From Blastocatellia bacterium (GTDB taxonomy: Bacteria; Acidobacteriota; Blastocatellia; UBA7656): 64,000 nucleotides of DNA. The notes under the pieces were generated by a model that made no database searches, had not been told where the DNA came from, and was given only the letters and a program-made list of their open reading frames with translations. Of the stretch, positions 46,852 through 56,700 are shown in pieces. The stretch spans positions 128,001 through 192,000 of the forward strand of contig CAVXWP010000001.1 of the NCBI GenBank assembly GCA_963765495.1, in the 5' to 3' direction. Each line of letters begins with the position of its first letter. The stretch's first letter is position 1. The translations under genes were made by a program, and so were the position numbers.

Positions 46852-48090
46852 TCACGCAGCAGGTTGAACCTCTTCAACAGTGACTTTCAATCCCGTTGCT
46901 TCGAGCCGATCAATCAATCGCTTCCTTTGCCTCTCTACATTCTGTTTGTCAAGGTAATCTCCTCCCAACTCTTTATAACTCATCTGTCGTTCGATCACAT
47001 GATAAACAATTACCAAAAGTGTGTGGCCGACTGCCACCAATGCCTTCTTCTTCCCCAGCCGCTTCGCTAGCCTTCTATACTGCGCTGACAGATATGTCTG
47101 CTTTGTATGACTCGCTGCCCACGCCGCTTGTACCAGCGCCTCCCGCACATAGGTATTCCCTTTCGTCGTCTTCCCGCTACGCCGCTTGCCTGCCGATTCG
47201 TTATTTCCCGGACACATCCCTGCCCAACTCGAAATATGGCTGTCTGTCGGAAAGCGATCCATATCCACTCCGATCTCTGAGACTATTGTTTCTGCCACTC
47301 TCTCTCCTATCCCTGGTATTGTTTGTAGCAGTTCTACGGCTTTAGAGACAAAAGGGTCGGCGCTCTCTCCCACCTCCTCGTCAATCTGTTGCTCGACTCG
47401 TTTGACGGCAACTTCTACTTCTTCATATCGGGTCAGTAACTCGCCCAGCACAAAGCGTTGAGATTTCGTCAGTCGGCCTTCAAGAGCACGTTTGAGTTGG
47501 GGACGCTTGCTTCGCATACGTCGGCGAGCAAACTCACTCAACTTCTCGGCATCGCGCTCACCTGCTGCCAGTGCTCGCAACATCTGCCTGCCACTGACTC
47601 CCAAGACGTCGGTGGCGACTTGTCCGAGCTTGATGTTGGCACTCTCGATCAACTTCTGTATGCGATTGGCAATAGTCGCATTCTCTTTAACCAACTGCTG
47701 ACGATAGCGTGTCAACTCTCTCAACTCCCTTATCTCAAGCGGAGGAATGAAGCTGGGCTTTAACAGACCGTGGCGCAGCAAATCGGCCAACCATTCGCAA
47801 TCTTTTACATCGGTCTTACGGCCTGGAATACCTTTGTAGTGGCGGGCATTGACAAGCAAGACTTCTACGTTGCCTTCAAGGATGTTGAAGACAGGCTTCC
47901 AGTAAACACCCGTGCTTTCTATTGCAGCAATCGTGCAGCCTTCGGCTATGAGCCAATCCGAAAGACGAAGTAAGTCATCGGTCATAGTAGAGAAAGTGCG
48001 GACTTCTTTCTTGCCGTGCTTAATGAGGCAAGCGACAACAGTCTTGGCGTGAACATCGAGGCCGCAACAACAAGAATAGATGATCTCCAT
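46852..48090 (-). CDS. IS110 family transposase/recombinase
   Basis: GLDVH, ESTGVYW, KTDVKD (DEDD), LQTIPGIG, ESAGK, ALVAVGH; GAGGT RBS before the ATG at 48090. Confidence 0.95.
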   Translation of the reverse strand: MEIIYSCCCGLDVHAKTVVACLIKHGKKEVRTFSTMTDDLLRLSDWLIAEGCTIAAIESTGVYWKPVFNILEGNVEVLLVNARHYKGIPGRKTDVKDCEWLADLLRHGLLKPSFIPPLEIRELRELTRYRQQLVKENATIANRIQKLIESANIKLGQVATDVLGVSGRQMLRALAAGERDAEKLSEFARRRMRSKRPQLKRALEGRLTKSQRFVLGELLTRYEEVEVAVKRVEQQIDEEVGESADPFVSKAVELLQTIPGIGERVAETIVSEIGVDMDRFPTDSHISSWAGMCPGNNESAGKRRSGKTTKGNTYVREALVQAAWAASHTKQTYLSAQYRRLAKRLGKKKALVAVGHTLLVIVYHVIERQMSYKELGGDYLDKQNVERQRKRLIDRLEATGLKVTVEEVQPAA

Positions 48091-48317
48091 AGCTACCTCT
48101 TTCTGGCCAGGGCGTGAGAGCCTTGTTAATGAAGAGTCTACTATGCGTGCTCGAAGCAACAGTTGGTGGTGCCAGAAAGGCTCTCAGGTCAGGCTGCTAT
48201 TCGGGCTTGAGGCACCAAGGCTGTACGACCTTATCTGACGCCGCTGACCACAGAGAGTTTAGTCGAACTCGCCCATATTTTCATCATTCGTGGCGAAGCC
48301 TCGCTTCATGACGGGCT
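48091..48317 (-). ncRNA. Candidate IS110 bridge RNA
   Basis: Stems AGGTC/GACCT, TGAGAGCCTT/AAGGCTCTCA and TGCT-TCG-AGCA; contains 6-7-nt matches to the element's own junction sequences. Confidence 0.55.
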
Positions 48318-48605
48318 GTGGTGCGGGAATACGGGTCATTCGGAAACGCCCCAATCGCGACGGGCGAGATAGCGCAACAAAGGGTTCACGAAACCCGACC
48401 CTCCTGTCGCGTCGAGTCGTGCCCGTCTCGCCGTTGGCCGCGAGCGCGACCAGATGTGGATTGATCGCGGGTCAAATCAAGCAATCGGTGACGATTGGCC
48501 CCCTCTGAGATTTCCGTGTGACGGCAGATGCATCGAGAGCGCTCTCAATACCCGCCGTGCCGCCTCTAATTGCGTCGATGATGTCCTTGACTCGTAAGTA
48601 TGCAC

Positions 48606-49597
48606 TCAGTGCTTGGGAGATCTCGCGACTGATGAAAGGCAATCCACCAGCCACCGGGCAAGATCCGCCTCGTCGACGATCGACCAAGCGTGCGGGAGGC
48701 GAATGCCGCCGAGGTCCGGACGTACGCCCTTACCATGCGTGACGACGAGTTGCGCTCGGGTGTTACCAAGTACACGTAGCTGGTTGATCATTGCCGCAGC
48801 ATCGACTGCGTTGATGCTGTAGTAGTCGGCTGCGTAGTGATTGATCCAGAAGTCGATGTCCGGCTCCGTATACAACCTCACAGGTGTCGCGCGTAGCAGC
48901 CTGGCGTTACCCCCATCTGGTGCGAAGGCGACGAGTGGCGACGTGCGCCGATATGCATCTGGCACCTCGTCAGGCGACCCGCCAAGGTTACTCCGTAGCG
49001 CCTCAATGATCGCGTGCGCCTCGCTGGATTCTTGTTCGTTGGTCCCGCGACGAATGAGTAGATCCATGCCCCGCCACCACCGTTCGAAGTCGAGCGGTGG
49101 GTCAACACCAAATACTGCGAATGGCGGTGGCGAGTTCGGAAGCGCGCCGGAGATGCAGCGCTCAGCATAGCGTACGGCTCCGGTCCCGCCAGCCGAGAAG
49201 CCGCCTATAGCGACCCGATCTCTCGCACTCGGAGCCGGGACGTCGCGTCGGCAACGATGGCGTCTAGGGCTGACAGCGAGGCATCGTCGAGGTACCCGGT
49301 GCCAGCCGGCGTGGGGCTCACGATGATCGTTGCAACGCCACGTGCCGCTAGCAATCCAGGAAGTTTGGAGTTGGCGAAGGAGTTGACAGTTCCGCCGTAC
49401 TCCGGAAGGAGTACTAGGAGCGCGCGCGACCTCGACGGGCGGAAGAGTCGGTAGCAGTTCTGCGTCGTATCACCGGGTGTCAAACAGATGACTGTGCTTG
49501 CCGACTGCCGTGGCTGGTGCGCGCCCACCGTACTTGCTTGGATAATTAAAGCGAGCAGGCCAAGCCCAAGTGCCAGTCCAACTAGTCGAAGCCCCAT
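48606..49597 (-). pseudogene. Secreted alpha/beta-hydrolase-like protein with one frameshift (~49225) (cassette)
   Basis: Signal peptide MGLRLVGLALGLGLLALII; IGGFSAGG nucleophile elbow in frame with ORF 48606-49067; PHAWSIVD near the C-terminus. Confidence 0.7.
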
Positions 49598-49886
49598 TCG
49601 ATTACCTCCCTTACACGTTGATGTCAAATCTGCTGTGCGCCTGTGTGCTGCGGTGTACGTCGCGCGCGGCGAAAAGGTTGCACGCGTCGCTCGTTCAGTG
49701 AACTACATTTACAAGCCTTTTTACGTGTCGATACGACAGCCAGCAAATTCACCACTACGAGGAAAGTTCGACCCGTGATAGATCTGCAAAACACAGACAT
49801 CCGCTGCGCGACCCCTGGAACCATCAGGGGCAACAGAAGCATGTATGTTAGCGTGCCCGGTTCCGCTTGCAGCACCAAATCGTGCC

Positions 49887-49971
49887 GCCTAACGACGAAT
49901 TCAGCGGCGCGCTAGAGGTAAAGGAATAATGAAACGATGGTATGCGCGTCCGCTGGAATGAGCAGTTAGGC
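49887..49971 (-). other. attC site
   Basis: Same 85-bp family, GCCTAAC...GTTAGGC. Confidence 0.9.
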
Positions 49972-50043
49972 GGCCTCCTAAATCAATATGTGAAGGAACA
50001 TTGGGATTACCTTCCTTGCTCAAACCTTTCTATTATCCTCTTG

Positions 50044-51251
50044 CCTGAAGGATGGACACATTTGCTAATTGAACGAGTAGCAACAAGTTATAAACCTGTG
50101 GAAGATTTGTTTTGTGAAAAAAGATCAATCTTCTGCTACTCGTTTGCGTGATTATATCACTGCGCTGCTGCCTTCGGCGCACGGACATCAACTTAAAGCG
50201 ATCTGTGATTTCGTCGCTGCGATCATTGAAAATCAAACTGCCAATCAGGCTGAGTTGGCTCGCTGTTTCGGCTCTCAGGAGGCTGCTGTTAAACGCCTAT
50301 CTCGCTTGATTCATAACAAGCGCATCCATCCTGATGATCTTGCTGAGGGCGTTTTGCTTCAAGCCTTGTCTCAATTGCCTAGACGAGGCAAAATCCGTCT
50401 GGCAATTGATTGGACTATTGAAGGCGACCATCACCTGCTCGTTGTTTCGCTTGTGACTGGCTCTCGCGCTGTGCCCGTTTATTGGAGAGCTTACTCTCAG
50501 AGCCTGCTTAAGGGCCGTATGCGCCGCTATGAGGTTGCTGTAATCAAGCGCGTCGTCTCCGGCTTTAACAATCGCATTGGTCGCCGTCGCCTGATTGTCA
50601 CAGCAGATCGTTGGTTTGCGGATGTCGCTTTAGCGCAACTGTTTGAAGATATGAAGCTTAGCTACATTATCCGAGTCAAAAACAGCACGAAGATTTACTA
50701 TGGTGGTCAATGGCAAAATCTCAAGCGAATGAGATTTTCAGGCAATGCGCGAGGTCGCAACTTTGGGCGCTGCAATTACAGAGAGGGTTCTCAGCACAAG
50801 TTGTATGTGAGTATGAGCCGAGCCAAAGACAAGGAAGGAAAGTGGGAGATATGGTATCTGATAAGCAACAACCGCTACAGTGCAAAGCAAGCAGCAAATG
50901 AATACAGCAGACGCTTCGGGTGCGAGCAGGGATTTAGAGATGTGAAATGGGAGAAAGGATTTTCTCGAGCGAGAATAGAGGATGTGAAAGCGTGGTCGAG
51001 GATGTTCGCACTGTTTGCGATAGCGTTGCTGGTAGTAGTAGTGCTAGGAATGAAGTTGTTAGCTAGAGGGAGAAAAGGAGCCAGGGAGTTGCTGAGGAGA
51101 GTAGCGAGGCGAAAAAAAGGAAGATGGGAATTGAGCATCGTGAGTGCAATGGTGAGCCTGCTGAGAATGGATAAAAGCTTGTTTGAGCATCTCACTCCTC
51201 AAGCGAAACTCAACCTCGAGGCTGCTTTATAAAATGTGTCCATCCTTCAGG
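50044..51251 (+). mobile_element. IS4-family insertion sequence
   Basis: Perfect 20-bp terminal inverted repeats CCTGAAGGATGGACACATTT (50044-50063 and 51232-51251); no target duplication visible. Confidence 0.88.
50114..51232 (+). CDS. IS4-family DDE transposase
   Basis: LAIDWT, VTADRWF, YSRRFGCEQGFRDVK (Y-2-R-3-E-6-K signature). Confidence 0.88.
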   Translation: MKKDQSSATRLRDYITALLPSAHGHQLKAICDFVAAIIENQTANQAELARCFGSQEAAVKRLSRLIHNKRIHPDDLAEGVLLQALSQLPRRGKIRLAIDWTIEGDHHLLVVSLVTGSRAVPVYWRAYSQSLLKGRMRRYEVAVIKRVVSGFNNRIGRRRLIVTADRWFADVALAQLFEDMKLSYIIRVKNSTKIYYGGQWQNLKRMRFSGNARGRNFGRCNYREGSQHKLYVSMSRAKDKEGKWEIWYLISNNRYSAKQAANEYSRRFGCEQGFRDVKWEKGFSRARIEDVKAWSRMFALFAIALLVVVVLGMKLLARGRKGARELLRRVARRKKGRWELSIVSAMVSLLRMDKSLFEHLTPQAKLNLEAAL

Positions 51252-51325
51252 ATCGCCGGGTAAAAATCAAGGTAAAGGCTCTTGCGCCCGTCTGAAATCT
51301 TCTTTTCTCTGACCGTCACTTTCAT
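51251..51325 (-). pseudogene. N-terminal stub of a tyrosine integrase (arm-binding domain), truncated by the IS4 element
   Basis: MKVTVREKKISDGRKSLYLDFYPAI lies directly downstream of the xis-like gene. Confidence 0.6.
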
Positions 51326-51348
51326 AATTGCTTATGTCCTTCCCTCTA

Positions 51349-51699
51349 TCACTCAAACAAAGCTTTGAGGCTTGTTCGCTTGATAATGGTTCGGCCTCCC
51401 AATTTGGTTGCCGGGATTTTCCCACTTTGCAGCAGCCGATAAAGACTTGCTCGACTAAGCCCCAACAGGGCACAGGTTTGGGTGATGCTCAGGTATTCTT
51501 TGGCTTGAAGTTCTTCGATAGGTTTATTGCGAACTGTCTGAGTCTCTGTATTTGAGTTTTCGATTTTGGCTTGCCGAACCCTGGCCTTGTAAGCGCGTTT
51601 GGCGCACACATCCCCACAATACTAAGTTACGGTAGTTCTCGCCGTGAATTCGTTTCCGCAATGCTTACAAATTCTTTGAACACGGATACTTGTCGTCAT
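51349..51699 (-). pseudogene. Excisionase-like HTH protein with N-terminal Cys motifs and an internal stop
   Basis: MTTSIRVQRICKHCGNEFTARTTVT*YCGDVCAKRAYK...EYLSITQTCALLGLSRASLYRL; TAG at 51622-51624. Confidence 0.75.
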
Positions 51700-51715
51700 A
51701 ATTTCGCCCGCGATT

Positions 51716-51834
51716 GTCTCAGAACGTCTCAATTCGTCTCAGTATGTCTCAATAGCTGTCGTGATTTCGCCCTGAGCCAAGAAATCTTGTACCTCGCTTG
51801 TACCTCGACCTCTAAGGTACAAGAAAGGTACAAA
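51716..51834. repeat. Phased and inverted short repeats (att-arm-like)
   Basis: GTCTCA x4 at 10-bp spacing (51716, 51726, 51736, 51746); CTTGTACCT x2 facing AGGTACAA x2 (51786-51834). Confidence 0.55.
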
Positions 51835-51954
51835 AAAGTACAGACTAAAGATGAAAATCCATAAGAAACGATTGAAACAAAATGCGAGATAACTATAGTT
51901 TTTACTGTACTTATAGTGATTTGTTATTGGATTTTGATGGCTGGTTATGGCGGG

Positions 51955-53337
51955 TTACTTTCCGATACAAAAAGTAGAGAAGATCTGGCCAAGGATGTCT
52001 TCGGTCAATGTTTCGCCCGTGACTTCTCCGAGTGCAAAAAGCGCGGCGTGCAGCCTGAGCAATACGACCTCTTCAAACTCGCTCTGAATCATCAGGACGC
52101 GGGCATCCTTTAATAGCTCGACCGCGCTTTGCACCGACGAGTGCTGTCTGGCATCGGTTATCATTATGTCGTCGCGTTCTGTGCTTGCCTCCCCCGACAG
52201 CCGCAGGAAGATCGCTTCGGTCAAGCGATCAAAGCCGCTTCCGGTCAACGCCGAAAGGGCGATAGCTTCTTCTTCGCTCTCGCCCTCATCCCGAGGCAAG
52301 TCCAATCGAATCGCGCAAGGCAAATCTATTTTATTGAGCAGGATTATTCGCTTGCTTCGCGGCACAAGCTCAAGCAGTCGGGCGTCGTCTTCGGTCAACG
52401 GCTCGCTTTGATCGAAGACCAGAAACGATATATCCGCTTCATCGATTGCCGAGCGGCTTCTGGTGATGCCGAGGCTTTCTATCACATCGCTCGTCTCGCG
52501 TATTCCTGCCGTGTCAATCAGGCGCACGGGAACGCCTGAAATCGACGTACTTTCATAAAGCGCATCTCTTGTGGTTCCGGGCAACTCGGTGACTATTGCC
52601 CGGTCGCTTCCGACCAGCCGGTTGAAGATCGAGGATTTCCCCACGTTTGGCCGTCCGATGATCGCAAGCTGAAATCCTTCTTTGACGTAGCGGCCAAAGG
52701 CGAAACTTGCCGCGATATCGGTCAGCCCTTCGATTACGCGATCAAGCTTCAAAAGCAGGGCGGTGATTGTCTCGGGCGAAATGTCCTCTTCAACAAACTC
52801 GACCGAAGATTCCAGATTTACGATGATTTCAACAAGCGTGTTCTTGAGCGGAGTGAGCCTTTTTGAGAGCGCGCCTTCGAGTTGTCGTGTGGCCACGCGA
52901 GCCTGATATTCGGTCTGCGCGTTTATTACATCTCTTACGGCTTGAGCCTGAGCAATATCTATGCGTCTGTTAAAGAATGCCCGGAAGGTGAATTCGCCGG
53001 GTTCGGCTACGCGCGCGCCTTGCGCCGTAAGTAAAGCGAGCAGGCGGGCGAGGATAACGGGGCTGCCGTGGCAACTCAACTCCACGACATCTTCGCCCGT
53101 GTAAGAGTGCGGGGCTTTGAAGTAGACAAGAATCGCTTCGTCAATCACGTTGTCTGTCGCGCCATCAATTATGTGACCGAACTGCGCGCGAGCAGGCTGA
53201 CCGAGTGGCACGTCCGCGGCCCCGTGAAAAACAGTCGCGGCTATCAGAAGCGAGTCGGGACCGCTCAACCGCACTACTCCTATGCCTCCGCGACCGGGTG
53301 GTGTAGAAAGGGCTGTGATTGTGTCACCCTGTTGCAT
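51955..53337 (-). CDS. mnmE: tRNA modification GTPase MnmE
   Basis: [45 protein letters not shown]-terminal FSTFCIGK. Confidence 0.97.
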   Translation of the reverse strand: MQQGDTITALSTPPGRGGIGVVRLSGPDSLLIAATVFHGAADVPLGQPARAQFGHIIDGATDNVIDEAILVYFKAPHSYTGEDVVELSCHGSPVILARLLALLTAQGARVAEPGEFTFRAFFNRRIDIAQAQAVRDVINAQTEYQARVATRQLEGALSKRLTPLKNTLVEIIVNLESSVEFVEEDISPETITALLLKLDRVIEGLTDIAASFAFGRYVKEGFQLAIIGRPNVGKSSIFNRLVGSDRAIVTELPGTTRDALYESTSISGVPVRLIDTAGIRETSDVIESLGITRSRSAIDEADISFLVFDQSEPLTEDDARLLELVPRSKRIILLNKIDLPCAIRLDLPRDEGESEEEAIALSALTGSGFDRLTEAIFLRLSGEASTERDDIMITDARQHSSVQSAVELLKDARVLMIQSEFEEVVLLRLHAALFALGEVTGETLTEDILGQIFSTFCIGK

Positions 53338-53348
53338 TGGAATTGAGA

Positions 53349-53459
53349 CGTGATGCGAGATGCGTGATTCGTAATGCGTGATTTATGAGGCGAGCCATGA
53401 ACCTGTAAACAGCTTTGCGTTAGAGTCACGCATCACGTATCACTCATCACGAACCACGT
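53349..53459. repeat. Heptamer-repeat palindrome (GCGTGAT)n...(ATCACGC)n
   Basis: Degenerate heptamers on both arms, between jag and mnmE. Confidence 0.65.
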
Positions 53460-53460
53460 A

Positions 53461-53913
53461 TCATACGGGCAAGATAGTGACTTTGCGGTCGGGGCCGTTG
53501 CCCCGGCTTTCGGTCGTGACCGTTGTGTCATCGGCCAGAGAGAGGTGGATTATGCGCCGCTCGTTGGGCGTCATCGGATCAAAGCTGAAAGGGACGCGCG
53601 AAAGGCGGACTTTCTCGGCCGCTTTTTCGGCCATCAGACGCAATTCCTTTTCACGCCGCGCGCGATAATTGCCCGAATCAAATACTATGTGCGATTCTTC
53701 GTTCGTTCGATGCGTGAGCGCGCGATTGGCCAGGTATTCCAGCGCGTCGAGCAGTTCCGCGTTGTGTCCGAGCAACAGGGCTACATCGTCTCCGCGCACT
53801 TCGATCTTAAATGTATCTTCATCAGCCACAGACGCGGCGGTCAGATCAAGCCCGCTTGCTTTTAGGACTATGTTAGTGAACTCAACGACAAAGTCTTTAT
53901 TATCTTCTGACAT
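53461..53913 (-). CDS. jag: Jag/KhpB-like RNA-binding protein (KH + R3H, no Jag_N domain)
   Basis: LLGHNAELLDALEYL, YRARRE..L, PMTPNERRIIH, TESRG.GPDRKV; located between yidC and mnmE. Confidence 0.88.
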   Translation of the reverse strand: MSEDNKDFVVEFTNIVLKASGLDLTAASVADEDTFKIEVRGDDVALLLGHNAELLDALEYLANRALTHRTNEESHIVFDSGNYRARREKELRLMAEKAAEKVRLSRVPFSFDPMTPNERRIIHLSLADDTTVTTESRGNGPDRKVTILPV

Positions 53914-56078
53914 TACTTGACGCTCCCGACCACTTCTCTCCTAGAGGCTTTACGTTTTGACGAATCGTCGCTATTTTTATCGCCCTTCTTGCCCGGTTTC
54001 TGCTTGCCCGGCTGATCCACCTCGCCCGGCGGAGTCGGCTCAGTCGTCTTCTTGTTTATCACCAGCTGGATTCCAACGCCTACGAGATTCGAGACCATCC
54101 AGTAGAGGACAAGGCCGCTCGGTGCTGACCAGAAAAAGAACCACGTCAGCATTATGGGCATAAGCCAGGTCATCATTATGCGTTGCATCTTCATAGCCGG
54201 GTCGCCCTGATTGGGCTGCGGCGTCAACTGGGTTGAGGCGATCATCGAAACGCACATGACTATGGGCAATATGTGCAAAGGATCGGATGTTGAAAGGTCG
54301 TTCACCCACAATACCCACGGCGCGTGACGCACGTCGAGCGAGATCGTCAGATAGACAAAAAACGCCCAGAATATAGGCATCTGAAGAAGCATCGGAAGAC
54401 ATCCGCCCAGAGGGTTGGCCTCCTTCATTATGGCCATCTGCTCTTGCTGAAGCTGTTGCAGTTCGCGCTCGGATTTCTTTGGATTCTCTTTAAGCTTCTT
54501 CATCTTTTCCTGAAGCTCTTTGAGACGCGGCTGATGTTTTGCCGCCTGTTTCATCTTCTTGGAACTGAACCAGCGGAGCGGAGAAAGCGCCAGATTGATG
54601 AGGATCGTCACGGCGACTATGGCCCAGCCGTAGTTGTGAAACAGCTTTGCCAGTCCATCGAGCGCCCAGCCGATCAGCGGGATGAGCGGGCGCACCATAA
54701 ATGAAAGCATTCCGTAATCGAGCAGGGCTCCAAGGTCTGTCCCGTACCTGTTTCCGACCTCGGCAAGCAGTTCACGGTCTTTAGGGCCTATGAAGATATG
54801 AGTCATCGCTTCCGGCTGAACGGGTATCGCAATCAAAGGGTAATCGCGAGGCGCTTCCTGCGCGGGCACTTTCATATGCACGTCGGTCAGAATGGCCTCA
54901 CTGACCGGCTGCGGCGGTATGGCCACCATCCCAAAATAATGATCCACGATGCCTGCCCAGAGGAGTTGATGCCTTACGGTGTCGATTCCCTGAGCCACGC
55001 CGCTGCCTATGTTTACGCCTTCGGGCAGAGAATCGAGCGTAATCGTGCGTCCGTCGCCTTCGCGACCGACGACGCGGGCAAAGCCCAGAAGCGTAGTGCC
55101 GTCAGCGCCAATAAGCTTGATTTGATCTACGTCACCGGCAAGCGGTTTTTCGATCTGTATGCGTTTCCCGGCCTGATCCACTGCCGTGACTTTGGCAAAG
55201 ACGGGTGTGATCTTCGCGCCCAGGAATTGACGGCGCTTGCCTTCGATGTCATAGGTGATGACTTGAGGCGGCGTGCTGTAGCTGCCCGACTGTTTGTCGG
55301 TCTGATCGCCTATGCGCGGGCCAAGCGTGAGGTAAACGGGCTGATCCGCGCCGTTTGATTTGACATCGGCTGTCGCATCCACGACAAACTGGCCGCCGTA
55401 AAATGTGAAGGTCTTGCGAGCCGTGGCCGAGGGCGACGTGTAAACGAAGGTGATCTGCCGCTGTTCGCCCTCGCTTAGATTGATCTCCTGCTGGTTTGGC
55501 TCTATGCCTTCTATCTGAAAATTGACCCTGTTGAGTTCGGATGCAAGATCGGGCGACCAGGGGAGACGCAGGCTAAAGGGCGCGCCGAGCTTCTCGAGCA
55601 TTTCCTGCGGGATAAGTTCAAGCGGCCCGCCGTTTGCCGCGCGCAATTCAGGCTCGACCGAATTTGTCTTTCGTCGAGTCAGAATCCACGATGTTGCGAC
55701 CGCGCCGTGATTGGAAAACTTCGCTTTCCATAAAGGGGTTGTGATAGTCAGTTCCTGCAGCGCGGCTTCGGTTATAGGGACCTGCGGCTCCTGGGCGGCT
55801 TTTTCAGAGTGCTGCGCGGGCGAAGGGGGCGGGCTCTGAATTTGAGATGCCTGAGTTTGAGATGCCTGAGTTTGAGATGCCTGAGTTTGAGATGCCTCAG
55901 TTTTAGGCGCGACGCCGGAAGGCTTGAGGCCGGAAGACTCGGGCTGCTCCCCGGAGGGTTGTTGAAGCTCGGCTACAGGTTCGGGCGGTGACGGAAAAAA
56001 CCGATGCATTATGAGTGGCCAGCCTACGATGACCACTGCTGAAAGTATTATTGCTAACAAGAAGCGCGTTCGATCCAT
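53913..56078 (-). CDS. yidC: Membrane protein insertase YidC
   Basis: N-terminal TM helix, large periplasmic domain, NYGWAI, NPLGGCLPMLLQMPIF, PSGLVLYW. Confidence 0.95.
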   Translation of the reverse strand: MDRTRFLLAIILSAVVIVGWPLIMHRFFPSPPEPVAELQQPSGEQPESSGLKPSGVAPKTEASQTQASQTQASQTQASQIQSPPPSPAQHSEKAAQEPQVPITEAALQELTITTPLWKAKFSNHGAVATSWILTRRKTNSVEPELRAANGGPLELIPQEMLEKLGAPFSLRLPWSPDLASELNRVNFQIEGIEPNQQEINLSEGEQRQITFVYTSPSATARKTFTFYGGQFVVDATADVKSNGADQPVYLTLGPRIGDQTDKQSGSYSTPPQVITYDIEGKRRQFLGAKITPVFAKVTAVDQAGKRIQIEKPLAGDVDQIKLIGADGTTLLGFARVVGREGDGRTITLDSLPEGVNIGSGVAQGIDTVRHQLLWAGIVDHYFGMVAIPPQPVSEAILTDVHMKVPAQEAPRDYPLIAIPVQPEAMTHIFIGPKDRELLAEVGNRYGTDLGALLDYGMLSFMVRPLIPLIGWALDGLAKLFHNYGWAIVAVTILINLALSPLRWFSSKKMKQAAKHQPRLKELQEKMKKLKENPKKSERELQQLQQEQMAIMKEANPLGGCLPMLLQMPIFWAFFVYLTISLDVRHAPWVLWVNDLSTSDPLHILPIVMCVSMIASTQLTPQPNQGDPAMKMQRIMMTWLMPIMLTWFFFWSAPSGLVLYWMVSNLVGVGIQLVINKKTTEPTPPGEVDQPGKQKPGKKGDKNSDDSSKRKASRREVVGSVK
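55841..55897. repeat. 15-bp tandem repeat in yidC (ASQTQ repeats)
   Basis: TTTGAGATGCCTGAG x3 plus a partial copy. Confidence 0.9.
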
Positions 56079-56136
56079 TATGAAATTACCTGATCAAATC
56101 AATTCGCGGCCCTGGTATTGGGCCGCTCCCTTATAG

Positions 56137-56346
56137 TTATTTTACGGGATCATAACCACCCGGATGAAACGGGTGACATCTGAGCAGTCGTCTGATTCCC
56201 ATATAAGTACCGCGCAATGCGCCGTACTTTTGAATTGCTTCGATTGCATATTGAGAGCAGGTTGGGGTAAATCTGCACGCGGGCGGCAGCAGCGGTGAGA
56301 TGAGCATTTGATATGCTCTTACAAAAGAAACCAGAACCACCTTCAC
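56137..56346 (-). CDS. yidD: Membrane protein insertion efficiency factor YidD
   Basis: [18 protein letters not shown]...[13 protein letters not shown]. Confidence 0.95.
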   Translation of the reverse strand: MKVVLVSFVRAYQMLISPLLPPACRFTPTCSQYAIEAIQKYGALRGTYMGIRRLLRCHPFHPGGYDPVK

Positions 56347-56696
56347 TTCTTACCCGCCTTCTCAAGAAAAGTTGTGAAGTCGTCTTCCAGTTCGACGTAA
56401 CCGACCGAGACCAGAGACTTCTTAACATTAATGACTATATCAACTCCCTCAGGGACAAGCCATTTGTTTTTCCTGAAGACCTCGCGCACGAGCCTGCGCG
56501 CGCGATTGCGCTCGACCGCATTGCCGACCTTCCGCGTTACGGTTATGCCGATTCGAGGATTGATAACCGGGTTCGGCAGCAAAAACGCGGTGAAATACCT
56601 GGCCTGATACTTCCGGCCTTCGTCGTACACGCGACGGAAATGACCACGCCTGAGAATCCTCTCTGTCTTAGGAAACTTTTCAGATACCTCACCCAT
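56343..56696 (-). CDS. rnpA: Ribonuclease P protein component
   Basis: [32 protein letters not shown]; start moved past the intergenic repeat. Confidence 0.95.
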   Translation of the reverse strand: MGEVSEKFPKTERILRRGHFRRVYDEGRKYQARYFTAFLLPNPVINPRIGITVTRKVGNAVERNRARRLVREVFRKNKWLVPEGVDIVINVKKSLVSVGYVELEDDFTTFLEKAGKK

Positions 56697-56700
56697 TACT

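Larger units (their letters stand above)
46826..48317 (-). mobile_element. IS110-family element with a ~230-bp 5' non-coding end
   Basis: Ends inferred from a repeated 2-bp core (CT at 46826-46827 and 48316-48317) and subterminal TGAAAAT/ATTTTCA inverted motifs. Confidence 0.7.

Noticed and set aside
46793-48350. A complete attC split by the IS110 element
   Set aside because: Only an R'-like half is recognisable and the far flank does not supply matching L'' and R'' boxes, so it is not listed as a feature.
42076-49971. Recurring 85-bp repeats as a CRISPR array or simple REPs
   Set aside because: They are separated by whole genes and show attC box structure; no cas genes are present.
51251-51325. 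Integrase stub as the integron integrase IntI
   Set aside because: It has an arm-binding-type N-terminus, lies downstream of an xis-like gene and points toward the array, unlike a typical intI.
51622-51624. In-frame TAG as stop-codon recoding
   Set aside because: It lies in a decayed element beside a truncated integrase, and other genes in the window use TAG as a normal stop.
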